From Candidatus Latescibacterota bacterium (GTDB taxonomy: Bacteria > Latescibacterota > UBA2968 > UBA8231), in NCBI GenBank assembly GCA_022825835.1, contig JAJDVZ010000157.1, forward strand, positions 50,322 to 114,321: 64,000 bases of DNA, written 5' to 3'. Made by a program: the position numbers and the translations under genes. A model generated the notes under the pieces. It saw only the letters and a program-made list of their open reading frames with translations, had not been told where the DNA came from and ran no database searches. Shown here piece by piece: positions 34,613 through 44,009 of this stretch (its first letter is position 1; every line of letters begins with the position of its first letter).

Positions 34613-35839
34613 TTATACCTTTTCCTCTTTGATTTCAGCTTTGGCGATGAGCAACTCGATGACCTTTTGATCTTCCAACTCGCGTCGCAACCCTTCTGTG
34701 TTCTGCAAATCGGCAGGTTGGATGCCAGCGCGTTCGGCGGCGAATTGGGCAAACTCCTCGTCCGTCACTTCGACCCCGGCTTGTTGGCGCACGCTTTCGA
34801 GCAGTAGATAGCTTTTGAGCTGGTGCGTGGCTTGGGCGCGCTCTTCGTCGCTGTGGTCGCGGTCGTGGTCTTGACTGGCCTGCTCTCGCTCAAGCGATTC
34901 GAGGTAGTTATCGACCATGCTCTCGGGCAGTTCAAAGTCGTTTTTTAGGATGAGCTGGCTGATCAACTCGCTGCGCAGGCGCTGTTGGGCCATGTATTCC
35001 CAGCGCTGTTGGATCTGTTCGCTGAGGTGTTGGCGCAAATCGTCGAGGGTCTGGAACTGTTCGCCGAGGTCTTTGGCGAACTCGTCGTCGAGCTCGGGCA
35101 GAGTGCGCTCGCGCACCTCGTGGGCTGCCACCGCGAAATGCGCGGTTTGGCCGGCGAGCTGTTCGTTGGGCAGGTCCTCGCGGTAGGCGAAGCGGACCTT
35201 GCGCTCTTCGCCAGCGCTCATGCCGACGAGGGCCTCTTCAAACTCGGGGCTGAGGGCATTCTCGTCGCCGATGAGGATTTGGCGCTTCTCGTACTTGTCG
35301 CCAATGACGGGCAGGCCGCTGTCGTCGAGGCGCTGCAAATCCGCGACGAGCACGTCGCTGTTGGCCAACGGTCGCTCGACGACTTGTTCGGTGGCGTGGC
35401 GGCGGCGCAACTCTTCTAGATGCTCGCTGATTTCCTCGTCGGCCACCTCGTGCACCATGCGGGTGGCGGCGAGATTTTCGTAGTGCTCGGCTTCGATTTC
35501 GGGCCAGATGTCGAGATCTGCGGTGAACGTTAGGCTTCCCCCCGGCTCGTGGTCGAGTTGGGAGATTTTGGGGGGTGCGGCCGGCCGCAGGCCCGCTTCG
35601 CGCGCGGCTTCTTCTAGTAGCGAGGGGAGGAGGTCGCCGAGGACTTCGCCGCGGATGGAGCTGCCGAAGCGCGCCTCGACGATCCTGAGCGGCACTTTGC
35701 CCTTGCGGAAGCCCGGGAGTTCCAGCCGCTTTTGGTAGCGGCGCAGGGCCTTATTGACGGCGTCGTCGATGCGCGCAGCTTCGACTTCAACGGCCAGCTC
35801 GCGTGCCCACTGCCCCTTTTCTGTGACCTGTGTCTTCAC
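34613..35839 (-). CDS. tig: trigger factor
   Basis: GFRKGKVP motif and a position upstream of clpP. The start is probably GTG 35839; the track gives TTG 35848. Confidence 0.9.
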   Translation of the reverse strand: MKTQVTEKGQWARELAVEVEAARIDDAVNKALRRYQKRLELPGFRKGKVPLRIVEARFGSSIRGEVLGDLLPSLLEEAAREAGLRPAAPPKISQLDHEPGGSLTFTADLDIWPEIEAEHYENLAATRMVHEVADEEISEHLEELRRRHATEQVVERPLANSDVLVADLQRLDDSGLPVIGDKYEKRQILIGDENALSPEFEEALVGMSAGEERKVRFAYREDLPNEQLAGQTAHFAVAAHEVRERTLPELDDEFAKDLGEQFQTLDDLRQHLSEQIQQRWEYMAQQRLRSELISQLILKNDFELPESMVDNYLESLEREQASQDHDRDHSDEERAQATHQLKSYLLLESVRQQAGVEVTDEEFAQFAAERAGIQPADLQNTEGLRRELEDQKVIELLIAKAEIKEEKV

Positions 35840-35901
35840 GAAACGCAACCTTTACAAGGCTAGGACGCACCGCCAAATCGCCGGCCGTGCGCTCGTTTTC
35901 A

Positions 35902-35988
35902 TGGTGCGAAAGGGGGGACTCGAACCCCCATGCCCTTTCGGGCACTAGATCCTAAATCTAGCGCGTCTACCAGTTCCGCCACTTTCGC
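35902..35988 (-). tRNA. tRNA-Leu (anticodon UAG), CCA encoded
   Basis: Folded by hand from the minus strand. 7-bp acceptor stem GCGAAAG/CTTTCGC. Anticodon stem CTAGA/TCTAG with loop TTTAGGA. Long variable arm TGCCC-GAAA-GGGCA. T arm GGGGG-TTCGAGT-CCCCC. The 3' end is ACCA. Confidence 0.9.
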
Positions 35989-36037
35989 TGTACCGGATAA
36001 ATCTGCGCCTGAGGAGCTTATAACCCAAGCGCGAAGG

Positions 36038-36067
36038 ATAATATCAGGATTTATACTATTGGGTCAA
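36038..36067 (-). promoter_or_regulatory. candidate sigma70-type promoter for tRNA-Leu
   Basis: On the minus strand: TTGACC, 18 nt, TATTAT, about 45 nt upstream of the tRNA 5' end. The -35 overlaps the glyQS stop codon. Confidence 0.35.
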
Positions 36068-37437
36068 GGGATTTGCCAAGCGTCCATGCCACTCTCAAGG
36101 TGGGTGCGCAACTCAGCTATGGGCACCCGCTCTTGGGTCATGGTGTCGCGGGCGCGCACGGTGACGGTCTGGTCCGCTAGGGTGTCTGAATCGACCGTTA
36201 GGCAGAACGGCGTCCCCACCTCGTCCATGCGCCGGTAGCGGCGGCCGATCGCGCCGCCTTCGTCGTAAAAAACTCGCATGTAGGGTCGGATATCCTCGGT
36301 GATTTGCCGGGCGATGTCGGGCATGCCGTCGCGCTTGACGAGGGGCAATACCGCCGCTTTGATCGGCGCGATGCGCGGGTGAAAGCGCATTACCACCCGC
36401 GTCTCACCCCGGACCTCTTCCTCGTGGTATGCCTCGACTAAGCAGGCCATTAGCGTGCGGCTGGCCCCTATGGAGGTTTCTACGACGTAGGGCACGAACT
36501 TGGTGCGCTGTTCCTCGTCGAAGTACTTGAGCTGTTTGCCCGAGAATTTTTCGTGCTGCGACAGGTCGTAGTCGCCGCGATTGTGGATGCCTTCGATCTC
36601 GCCTGGGCCAAAGGGGAACTCGTACTGGATGTCGAAGGCGGCGCGGGCATAGTGGGCCAGTTCGTCTCCTTGGTGTTCGTGCCAGCTCAGCTTGCGCTCG
36701 GGCAGGCCAATTTGCGCGAACCACTTCCAGCGCTCCTCGCGCCAATAGTCAAACCACTCGTCTTGAGTGCCGGGCGCGACGAAGTACTGCATCTCCATCT
36801 GCTCGAATTCGCGAGTGCGAAAGAGAAAGTTCTTGGTGTTGATCTCGTTGCGGAATGCCTTGCCGATCTGGGCTATGCCGAAAGGCAGCTTCTGGCGCGT
36901 CGCCGCCTGCACGTTGAGGTAGTTGACGAAGATGCCTTGGGCCGTCTCTGGGCGGAGAAAGACGCGTGCACTGTCGTCTTCGAGCGGGCCGACGAAGGTC
37001 TTGAACATCAGGTTGAATTGCCGCGGGTCGCTTAGTTCGTTGCCCTTGGGGCTTTTGATGTTGCGCTCGCGGAGTAGCACGCCCATCTCCTCGGCGCTCA
37101 GGCCCGCTACGTCGAGGCCGTTTTCTTCGAGGAGTTGGTCGAGCCGAAAGCGCTCGTTGGTCTTGCGATCTTCGACCATGGGATCGGTAAAGCTATCGAC
37201 GTGGCCCGATGCTTCCCACACCCGCTGATTCATGAGGATGCTGGCGTCAATGCCCTCCACGTCCTCTCGGTAGGTCATGGCCTTCCACCAGACCTCTTTG
37301 ATGTTGCGCAACAGCTCGACGCCCAGAGGGCCGTAATCCCAGCAGCCGTTGAGGCCGCCGTAGATTTCCGAACTTTGGAAGATGAAGCCTTTGCGTTTGC
37401 ACAGGGATACTAGTTTTTCCATTGCGTCGTCGGACAT
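36064..37437 (-). CDS. glyQS: glycine--tRNA ligase (dimeric class II type)
   Basis: MSDDAMEKLVSLCKRKGFIFQSSEIYGG... ATG 37437 follows GGAG. Confidence 0.9.
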   Translation of the reverse strand: MSDDAMEKLVSLCKRKGFIFQSSEIYGGLNGCWDYGPLGVELLRNIKEVWWKAMTYREDVEGIDASILMNQRVWEASGHVDSFTDPMVEDRKTNERFRLDQLLEENGLDVAGLSAEEMGVLLRERNIKSPKGNELSDPRQFNLMFKTFVGPLEDDSARVFLRPETAQGIFVNYLNVQAATRQKLPFGIAQIGKAFRNEINTKNFLFRTREFEQMEMQYFVAPGTQDEWFDYWREERWKWFAQIGLPERKLSWHEHQGDELAHYARAAFDIQYEFPFGPGEIEGIHNRGDYDLSQHEKFSGKQLKYFDEEQRTKFVPYVVETSIGASRTLMACLVEAYHEEEVRGETRVVMRFHPRIAPIKAAVLPLVKRDGMPDIARQITEDIRPYMRVFYDEGGAIGRRYRRMDEVGTPFCLTVDSDTLADQTVTVRARDTMTQERVPIAELRTHLESGMDAWQIP

Positions 37438-37453
37438 GAAAATCTCCAGTAAG

Positions 37454-38233
37454 TTAGACGGGTAAAGCGGCCTTGTTGAGGCCATCGAGAAAGTCGAGCG
37501 ATTTGAGCCGGCTGTGCTCGCCCCCGTGGTACTCTAGAAAGCTGCGCAAAGCTATGCGGATCTCGCCGCGCTGAGCAGGGGCTTGGGGGAGGGCCTCCTT
37601 GGTGTAGGTCCTAAGACCTTGGAGGACGGCGAGAAAGTGCAAGCTATGCTGGGCTAAGCGCACTCCGTTTCCGGGTCCGCAAGCGGAGCACAGGCCGCCT
37701 CCTAGGGCTGCACTGAACCACGACGAGGGACCGGCCAATTCGCGTTGGCAGGTAATGCACTGGTGCAGCTCTGGGCGGTAGCCGAGGGCCGCGGCGGCGC
37801 GGAGCTGGAAGTACCAGAACAGCGACTCGACCTGCTCTGGCTCCACTTCGGCGAGTCCGTGCAACACCCCGGCTAGGCACTGATAGAGTCGAGGATTGCC
37901 CTCGCCTTCGATCGTCAGGCGGTCAACCAGTTCGCAGGCGGCGCTGCCAAAGGAAAGTCGCTCTAGGCTTTGCGATAGGTCGGGTGCTGGTTTGAGCAGG
38001 GTGCATTCGCTCAGGGTTTGCAGGTCGCGGGTCTCTTTGACGTAGCAGACGGCTTGGACCTCACTCATTAAGCCGAGCGCGGCACCGAACCGGCTCTTGG
38101 GCTTGCGGGCACCCCGGGCCATGGTCTTGAGTTTGCCGCACTCCTGAGCGTACAACGTCACTAGGCTGCTGGTTTCGCCCATGCGCATGGTGCGCAGTAC
38201 GATGGCGCGCGTTTTGACGATAGTGCGTGGCAT
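37454..38233 (-). CDS. recO: DNA repair protein RecO
   Basis: OB-fold N-terminus RAIVLRTMRMGETSSLVTLY and a C-x2-C ... C-x2-C zinc motif (CITCQRE...CSAC). Confidence 0.8.
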   Translation of the reverse strand: MPRTIVKTRAIVLRTMRMGETSSLVTLYAQECGKLKTMARGARKPKSRFGAALGLMSEVQAVCYVKETRDLQTLSECTLLKPAPDLSQSLERLSFGSAACELVDRLTIEGEGNPRLYQCLAGVLHGLAEVEPEQVESLFWYFQLRAAAALGYRPELHQCITCQRELAGPSSWFSAALGGGLCSACGPGNGVRLAQHSLHFLAVLQGLRTYTKEALPQAPAQRGEIRIALRSFLEYHGGEHSRLKSLDFLDGLNKAALPV

Positions 38234-38237
38234 GGCG

Positions 38238-38519
38238 TCACTCGCCTTCTTTGGTAGGTAGGGGGATGACCACCTCGCCCGGCTTGACCAAGCCGAGATC
38301 TTCGCGCGCAACTCTCTCGATAAAATCTATGTCGCTTTCGAGCAATTTTAGCACTTGGCGCAAGCTGTCATTTTCGGCCTCTAGTCGGTCTCGCTGCGCT
38401 TCCAACTTGGTTAGGGTTTTCTCCTCTTGCCACACCTTGTAGAACAGCCTGTTGCCAAAGGCCACGTAAGCCACCAGAGCGAAGAAGGCGATCAGCAAAA
38501 TTTTGGCTGTCTTAGTCAC
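38238..38519 (-). CDS. ftsB: septum formation initiator (FtsB/DivIC family)
   Basis: 93 aa with an N-terminal TM segment, a coiled coil and ARE-LGLVKPGE. Confidence 0.7.
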   Translation of the reverse strand: MTKTAKILLIAFFALVAYVAFGNRLFYKVWQEEKTLTKLEAQRDRLEAENDSLRQVLKLLESDIDFIERVAREDLGLVKPGEVVIPLPTKEGE

Positions 38520-38526
38520 GGCGATT

Positions 38527-39636
38527 TTAGAATAAGACGAGGTCGTCGCGGTGAATGACTTCGCGGGCGGGACGGCCCAGTGCGCTTGTGACTTCGGGCG
38601 AGCTCATGCCCAATATGCGGCGCAGCTCAGAGGCTGAATAACGGCACAAGCCCCGCCCCAACTTCTCGCCGCGCTCGCCAAGCACCTGCACTACATCGCC
38701 CGCATCAAACTCGCCCTCGCAGGAGACGACTCCCACCGGGAGCAGACTCTTGTCCTGCTCGGCGATGGCGCGTTGGGCACCGCGGTCAATCACTGCGCTG
38801 CCGCGACACTGGCTGGCAAAACCGATCCAGCGATGCCGGCTGTTGAGCTTGCGGCCGGTCGGCAGAAAGAGCGTCCCTTGCTCGCGGCCAGCGAGGATGT
38901 GGCGCAAGCGGTGTTTGCGCCCGTGCGCGATGACCGCCATTTCGCCGCAGGCCATCAAGAGCCGAGCGGCCCGTAATTTGGTTGCCATGCCGCCACTGCC
39001 GCGACCATCGAGCGAGCGGCCGATCATCCCCTCTAGGTCGGCGCTGTCTTGGCTCACTTGACTCACTAGTTTGCCTTCGGGGCCGCTCGGCCCGAAGGCG
39101 TGGTAAAGTCCCTCGACATCCGAAAACATGACCAGCATATCCGCCCGGATCAGGTTCGTCACATAAGCAGCGAGCATGTCGTTTTCTCCGAGTTGACGCC
39201 GGAGTTCAACAACGGCGACGCTGTCGTTTTCGTTGATTAGGGGCACGGCTCCATAGGCGAAGAGGTTGCGAAAGGTGTTTTCGAGATTTACGTAGCGATA
39301 GCGGTCGCCGAGGATATCCTCGGCGGTTAAGAGTACTTGGCCGATGGGCACGCCGCGGCGGTGGAATTTGTCCTTGTAGATATCCATCAACAGGACTTGG
39401 CCGATGGCTGCGAGAGCTTGCAGTTGGGCGATGTTGTCTGGGCGTCTATCCAACTCCATCCGCCCCATGCCCGCGGCCACCGCTCCTGAGGTGACGATCG
39501 CAACTTCCAACCCCTGTGAGCGCAGTTCGATTACGTCCTCGACGAGTTGGCTGACGACCTCGTCGTCGAGCTTGTGGCACTGAGTGGTCAGGGCGCTGCT
39601 GCCAATTTTGACTACCAGCCGCTGCACCTCGCTCAT
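38527..39636 (-). CDS. proB: glutamate 5-kinase (with PUA domain)
   Basis: MSEVQRLVVKIGSSALT from ATG 39636 (369 aa). The 515-aa track ORF extends into hisF in an Arg-rich shadow frame. Confidence 0.9.
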   Translation of the reverse strand: MSEVQRLVVKIGSSALTTQCHKLDDEVVSQLVEDVIELRSQGLEVAIVTSGAVAAGMGRMELDRRPDNIAQLQALAAIGQVLLMDIYKDKFHRRGVPIGQVLLTAEDILGDRYRYVNLENTFRNLFAYGAVPLINENDSVAVVELRRQLGENDMLAAYVTNLIRADMLVMFSDVEGLYHAFGPSGPEGKLVSQVSQDSADLEGMIGRSLDGRGSGGMATKLRAARLLMACGEMAVIAHGRKHRLRHILAGREQGTLFLPTGRKLNSRHRWIGFASQCRGSAVIDRGAQRAIAEQDKSLLPVGVVSCEGEFDAGDVVQVLGERGEKLGRGLCRYSASELRRILGMSSPEVTSALGRPAREVIHRDDLVLF

Positions 39637-39668
39637 CAGTGCCTGCCGCGACACTTGGCTAGCCTCGG

Positions 39669-40442
39669 TCACTGGCGCACCGTGACCCCGCGCTCGCGCA
39701 GAAAGCTCTTGACTTCGGGGATCGAGTAATGCTGGAAGTGGAAGATGGAAGCCGCCAGCGCGGCGCTGGCTTCGCCTTCGGTTAGCACCTCGTGGATGTG
39801 GTCGAGATTGCCGGCACCGCCCGAGGCGACGATGGGTACATCCACAATGCGCGCCACGGCTTGGTTTAGCTCGAGGTCGTACCCAGCACGCGTCCCGTCG
39901 GCGTCGATGCTGTTGAGCACTAACTCGCCCGCTCCGCGATCGACGAGGGCCTCCACCCACTCTAGGGCGTCGATGCCGGTGGCCTTGCGGCCGCCGTTGA
40001 TGTACAGCTCCCACGACGGCGGCTCGCCGGGCGCGGTTGGCCGCCTGAGTGCGTCGATAGCTGCGACAATGCACTGCGAGCCGAAGCTCTCCGCGCTTTG
40101 GTCGATGATTTCCGGCGAATACACATGGGCCGAGTTGATCGAGACCTTGTCGGCACCGGTCTTGAGAATGTGGCGCACGTCCGCGAAGGTGCGAATGCCG
40201 CCGCCGACCATTAAGGGAATGAAGACCCGCTCGGATACTTGGCGCACGAGGTCCATGACGATGGCGCGGCCATCGGCTGAAGCCGTGATGTCGTAGAAGA
40301 CGAGTTCGTCTGCACCCTCGGCGTCGTAGCGCTCGGCGAGTTCAACGGGGTCGCCAGCATCGCGGTCGGCTGAAAAGCGCACCCCGCGCACGTTGCGGCC
40401 ATTTTTCACATCTAGACAGGGAATGATTCGCTTGGCGAGCAT
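39669..40442 (-). CDS. hisF: imidazole glycerol phosphate synthase cyclase subunit
   Basis: [16 protein letters not shown]... Confidence 0.95.
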   Translation of the reverse strand: MLAKRIIPCLDVKNGRNVRGVRFSADRDAGDPVELAERYDAEGADELVFYDITASADGRAIVMDLVRQVSERVFIPLMVGGGIRTFADVRHILKTGADKVSINSAHVYSPEIIDQSAESFGSQCIVAAIDALRRPTAPGEPPSWELYINGGRKATGIDALEWVEALVDRGAGELVLNSIDADGTRAGYDLELNQAVARIVDVPIVASGGAGNLDHIHEVLTEGEASAALAASIFHFQHYSIPEVKSFLRERGVTVRQ

Positions 40443-40450
40443 AATCTCTA

Positions 40451-41068
40451 TCAGCGCAGGCGCGCACAGCGCAGGCGCGCGAAATTGTCGAGAAGGCGCA
40501 AGCCGTGGACTTGGCTCTTTTCTGGGTGAAATTGCACGCCAAAGACGCGACCGTTGCCGGCGACTGAGGTATAGTCAATCCCGTAGTCGGTCGTGGCGAC
40601 GCAATCGTCTTTGTTTTCGTTTACTACATAGTACGAATGGACAAAATAAAAAAAACTTCCTTCAGGTACGCCCTCTAAGAGCGATACCTTGCGCTTGATG
40701 GCGATTTGGTTCCAGCCGATCTGTGGCACTCGCTCGGTAGGAGGGAAACGCACGCATTTGCCCGGCAGGATTCCGAGGCCGCGATGGGTCCCCATTTCCT
40801 CACTTTCCTCGAACATGAGTTGTAGCCCCACGCAGATGCCCAAGAAGGGCTTATCGGCCGCGAGACCCTCGGCGATGGCCGCGTCCCAACCGGCGGCCTG
40901 CAAGTTGTGCATGGCATCACCAAAGGCCGCGTCACCGGGCAATACGAGATGCGTGGCCGCGCTGAGGCGCTCGGGAGCTTCGACGATCTCGGCTTCGTAG
41001 CCAAGGAATTCGAAGGCTTTCTGCACGCTGCGCAGATTGCCCATGCCGTAGTCGATGACTGCAATCAC
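40451..41068 (-). CDS. hisH: imidazole glycerol phosphate synthase glutamine amidotransferase subunit
   Basis: [21 protein letters not shown] and FVHSY motifs, with a GTG start. Confidence 0.93.
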   Translation of the reverse strand: MIAVIDYGMGNLRSVQKAFEFLGYEAEIVEAPERLSAATHLVLPGDAAFGDAMHNLQAAGWDAAIAEGLAADKPFLGICVGLQLMFEESEEMGTHRGLGILPGKCVRFPPTERVPQIGWNQIAIKRKVSLLEGVPEGSFFYFVHSYYVVNENKDDCVATTDYGIDYTSVAGNGRVFGVQFHPEKSQVHGLRLLDNFARLRCARLR

Positions 41069-41874
41069 GATTGCCCCAACTCAGCGGAGCGTTCGGCTGC
41101 GGCTAGCACGGCGCTGATCAGAGCGTCGCGCAGGCCCTTTTCTTCTAGCTTGTGCAGCCCAGCGGCCGTAGTCCCGCCCGGCGAAGTAACTTGGTCTCTG
41201 AGCACGGCCGGATGCTCGCCGCTTTCGAGCATGAGGTGCGCGGCACCGAGCAGGGTTTGCGCGGCAAGTGTTAGTGCAGTCTCGCGCGGCAGCCCGGCGC
41301 GTACGCCGCCGTCGGCGAGAGCTTCAACAACGGTGTAAGCCCAAGCCGGGCCGCTACCGGAAAGCCCCGTAACGGCGTCCATGAGACTTTCGGCGACTTC
41401 GACCGTCGTGCCGACTAAGTCGAAGAGAGAACGCACTTGCGCCATCTGTTCTGCGCTAACAGCGCGACCAGCGCAGAGAGCGCAAGCCGCACCTCGCACC
41501 CTCACCAGCGTCTGCGGCATGACGCGCACCACGGACATTTGCGCGGGCAGTAGGTCTTCGAGCCGGGTGGTCGATACGCCGGCCATGAGCGAGACGACAA
41601 TCTGCTGGGTGCTAAAATGCGCGGCTAGCGTCTTCAATACGGGAGCGGCTACTTGTGGCTTGAGCACCAAAATCACCAAGTCCTGATCGCGGACCGCATC
41701 TGCGGAGTCGGTACTGGTGTGGACGCCCAACGCCGACAAGCCTTCGAGCGCTTCCGGCCTGATGTCGGCTGCGGTTATCTGACCCGCAGGAAGCTGACCA
41801 ACCAAACCTTCAATCAGCGCCCGACCCATGTTGCCGGTACCCACAAATCCCAATTTGCTTTTTTCGATCATCAA
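41065..41874 (-). CDS. proC: pyrroline-5-carboxylate reductase
   Basis: LGFVGTGNMGRAL and VTSPGGTT motifs. Confidence 0.9.
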   Translation of the reverse strand: MMIEKSKLGFVGTGNMGRALIEGLVGQLPAGQITAADIRPEALEGLSALGVHTSTDSADAVRDQDLVILVLKPQVAAPVLKTLAAHFSTQQIVVSLMAGVSTTRLEDLLPAQMSVVRVMPQTLVRVRGAACALCAGRAVSAEQMAQVRSLFDLVGTTVEVAESLMDAVTGLSGSGPAWAYTVVEALADGGVRAGLPRETALTLAAQTLLGAAHLMLESGEHPAVLRDQVTSPGGTTAAGLHKLEEKGLRDALISAVLAAAERSAELGQS

Positions 41875-41992
41875 TTTTTAGACCTCAAAATACGACAAAT
41901 CCCAAGTACAAAATTAAAATGCCCGTTTTTGCAAATTATGTCAAACGTCCATCGTGAGCGCGTTTTCCCCTATGAAAAAGCTACATTTTTGC

Positions 41993-42020
41993 TTGACTTA
42001 TACTGCCCTCGTACTATATT
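41993..42020 (+). promoter_or_regulatory. candidate sigma70-type promoter of the SWIB gene
   Basis: TTGACT (41993-41998), 16 nt, TATATT (42015-42020). It sits in an A/T-rich 280-bp intergenic region about 135 nt upstream of the ATG. Confidence 0.45.
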
Positions 42021-42156
42021 GGAAAGATAATGTTGTAACTGCACAAAACGGGTAGAATCGGCCTTAAACTTCACGAGGCGAAAGAGGCCGAGAAACCCAA
42101 TTTTAAACAACCCCCTTTCGTGGGTTTTACCCCTACAGCCAAAGGAGAATTTTGTT

Positions 42157-42786
42157 ATGGCGAAGAAGAAACCTGTTGCCAAGAAGAAGGCTGCTAAGAA
42201 AAAAGCGGCTGCTAAGAAAAAGGCCGCTCCGAAGAAAGCTAAGAAGGCTGCCGCCAAGAAGAAGGCCGCTCCGAAGGCTAAGAAGGCCGCTCCGAAGAAG
42301 GCTAAGAAAGCTGCTGCCAAGAAGAAGGCTGCTCCTAAGAAGAAGGCTGCCGCCAAGAAAAAGGCCGCCCCTAAGAAGGCTAAGAAGGCTGCCGCTAAGA
42401 AGAAGGCCGCTCCGAAGAAGAAGGCTGCCGCTAAGAAGAAGGCCGCTCCGAAGAAAGCTAAGAAGGCCGCCGCCAAGAAGGCCGTCTCTAAGAAGGCCGC
42501 CAAGAAAAAACCCGTCGCAAAGAAAAAGGCGAAGCGCAAGCCCAATCCTGCTTTTATGAGGCCCTTGCAGCCCGACGCCGCCCTTGGGGCCATAGTCGGC
42601 AACAAGCCATTGCCGCGTACTCAGATCACCAAGAAAATCTGGGCGTATATCAGGAAGAATGGTCTGCAAGACCAAGAGGATAAGCGCATGATCAATGCCG
42701 ACGATAAGCTGCGGGCCGTCGTAGGCGGCGCGAAGAAAGTGAGCATGTTTGACCTGACCAAGCATGTTAGTGAGCACGTGGAATAG
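42157..42786 (+). CDS. histone-H1-like Lys/Ala-repeat tail fused to a SWIB/MDM2 domain
   Basis: The N-terminal ~125 aa are AAKKKAAPKKAKK-type repeats. The C-terminus PLPRTQITKKIWAYIRKNGLQD...INADDKLRAV is a SWIB-domain signature. An AAGGAG SD is present. Confidence 0.85.
   Translation: MAKKKPVAKKKAAKKKAAAKKKAAPKKAKKAAAKKKAAPKAKKAAPKKAKKAAAKKKAAPKKKAAAKKKAAPKKAKKAAAKKKAAPKKKAAAKKKAAPKKAKKAAAKKAVSKKAAKKKPVAKKKAKRKPNPAFMRPLQPDAALGAIVGNKPLPRTQITKKIWAYIRKNGLQDQEDKRMINADDKLRAVVGGAKKVSMFDLTKHVSEHVE
42166..42540 (+). repeat. coding low-complexity tandem repeat (GCN/AAG codons, about 78-nt super-period)
   Basis: AAAKKKAAPKKAKKAAAKKKAAPKKK recurs about three times. It creates long artefactual ORFs in other frames and on the opposite strand. 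Confidence 0.85.
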
Positions 42787-42823
42787 CTACTCCCGAGTAA
42801 GACATCGTAGCCCAGTGCCATTG

Positions 42824-42859
42824 GAGAGGGATTCCCAGCGGGGAGTCCCTCTCTTTGTT
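42824..42859 (+). terminator. candidate intrinsic terminator of the SWIB gene
   Basis: GAGAGGGA (42824-42831) pairs with TCCCTCTC (42846-42853), with extra inner CCC/GGG pairs. TTTGTT follows. Confidence 0.5.
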
Positions 42860-42876
42860 AAATTACTCCCACGTCT

Positions 42877-43929
42877 ATGACCCCTGAATTGCTTGAGCTA
42901 GTCCTATCCGTCAGCGTCGTCCTCGTCGTATCCTGTGTTTGTTCGCTCTTGGAAGCTGCGCTCTACTCACTGCCCGCCAGTCAGATCGAAATGCTGGCCG
43001 ACCAAGGGCGCACTTCGGGTAAGATCCTCAAGAGCTTGCACGCGGATATCCAGCGCCCTATCTCAGCCATCCTCACGCTCAATACCTTGGCCCATACTGG
43101 CGGTGCTGCCATCGCCGGTGCCGCCTTTGTCGGAGTATTTCCGCGGACTTGGGAGACGTACTTTATCATCGCCTTCTCGCTGGCGGTGCTCATCTTTACG
43201 GAGATTCTTCCCAAGACGGTGGGGGTGGTGCATGCCCGCGTTCTCGCTCGGTTTATAGCTCGCCCGATCCAATGGCTGGTATGGCTGTTCGCGCCCTTTA
43301 TCTGGCTCAACAAATTCATCGTTCGGCTCATCACCGCTGGGGCACCCGACGTGCCGGAGGTCGTTCCGGAAGAGATTGAGATTATCGCGCGGATGAGCCG
43401 CCGATCTGGTGCCATTTCTCACGACCAAGAGCGCGTCATCCAAAACATCCTCAAGCTCGACGAATTGCGGGCGCGCGATATAATGACCCCGCGCACAGTA
43501 GTCCACTGCCTCGACCGCGACTTGACCTTGGCCGAGGCCCGCGAGCAGTCCGGTAGCTGGGACCACAGCCGGGTGCCCCTCTATCAGGGCGAGCGAGAAA
43601 ACATTGTCGGCTTGGTGCTGCGGCGCGATGCGTTCAGCGCCTTGGCTGATGGCCGCGATCAAGCTAAACTCTCTGAGGTGAGCCGCTCTATCTATTCGGT
43701 GCCCGAGTCGGCGCGGGCTAGTCGCCTGCTCGAAGAATTCATCCAGCGGCGCGAGCACCTTTTTGCCGTCGTCGATGAATACGGTGGCTTTGCTGGCATT
43801 GTTACCTTGGAAGACGTGATTGAAGAAATCGTCGGCCAGGAAATCGTCGGCGAATTCGATCCGGCCGTCGATATGCAGGAGCGCGCACGGCAGGAGCGCC
43901 AAGACCTGACGGATCCAGCGCCGGAATGA
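42877..43929 (+). CDS. CNNM/HlyC/CorC-family transporter (DUF21 TM domain plus CBS pair)
   Basis: N-terminal 4-TM DUF21-like region, then IMTPR...CBS...VVDEYGGFAGIVTLEDV. Confidence 0.8.
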   Translation: MTPELLELVLSVSVVLVVSCVCSLLEAALYSLPASQIEMLADQGRTSGKILKSLHADIQRPISAILTLNTLAHTGGAAIAGAAFVGVFPRTWETYFIIAFSLAVLIFTEILPKTVGVVHARVLARFIARPIQWLVWLFAPFIWLNKFIVRLITAGAPDVPEVVPEEIEIIARMSRRSGAISHDQERVIQNILKLDELRARDIMTPRTVVHCLDRDLTLAEAREQSGSWDHSRVPLYQGERENIVGLVLRRDAFSALADGRDQAKLSEVSRSIYSVPESARASRLLEEFIQRREHLFAVVDEYGGFAGIVTLEDVIEEIVGQEIVGEFDPAVDMQERARQERQDLTDPAPE

Positions 43930-44009
43930 GCCGCCTGTTCACCTCGTCTTTTTTTGCCTAAGTTTTTACTCGCTGTTAAAACCCTCTCAAAAAGGAGTAT
44001 CTACGGAAG

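Noticed and set aside
42166-42540. Possible CRISPR-like or other non-coding tandem array.
   Set aside because: The repeats are in-frame coding low complexity with no unique spacers. I saw no repeat-spacer array anywhere in the window.
41970-42777. Long minus-strand ORFs 41970..42605 and 42133..42777, and the + frame ORF 42152..42559 (Phe/Leu/Gly- or Arg/Leu/Pro-rich).
   Set aside because: They are mirror or offset readings of the GCN/AAG codon repeat of the K/A tail. Only frame 42157..42786 has an SD and ends in a recognisable SWIB domain.
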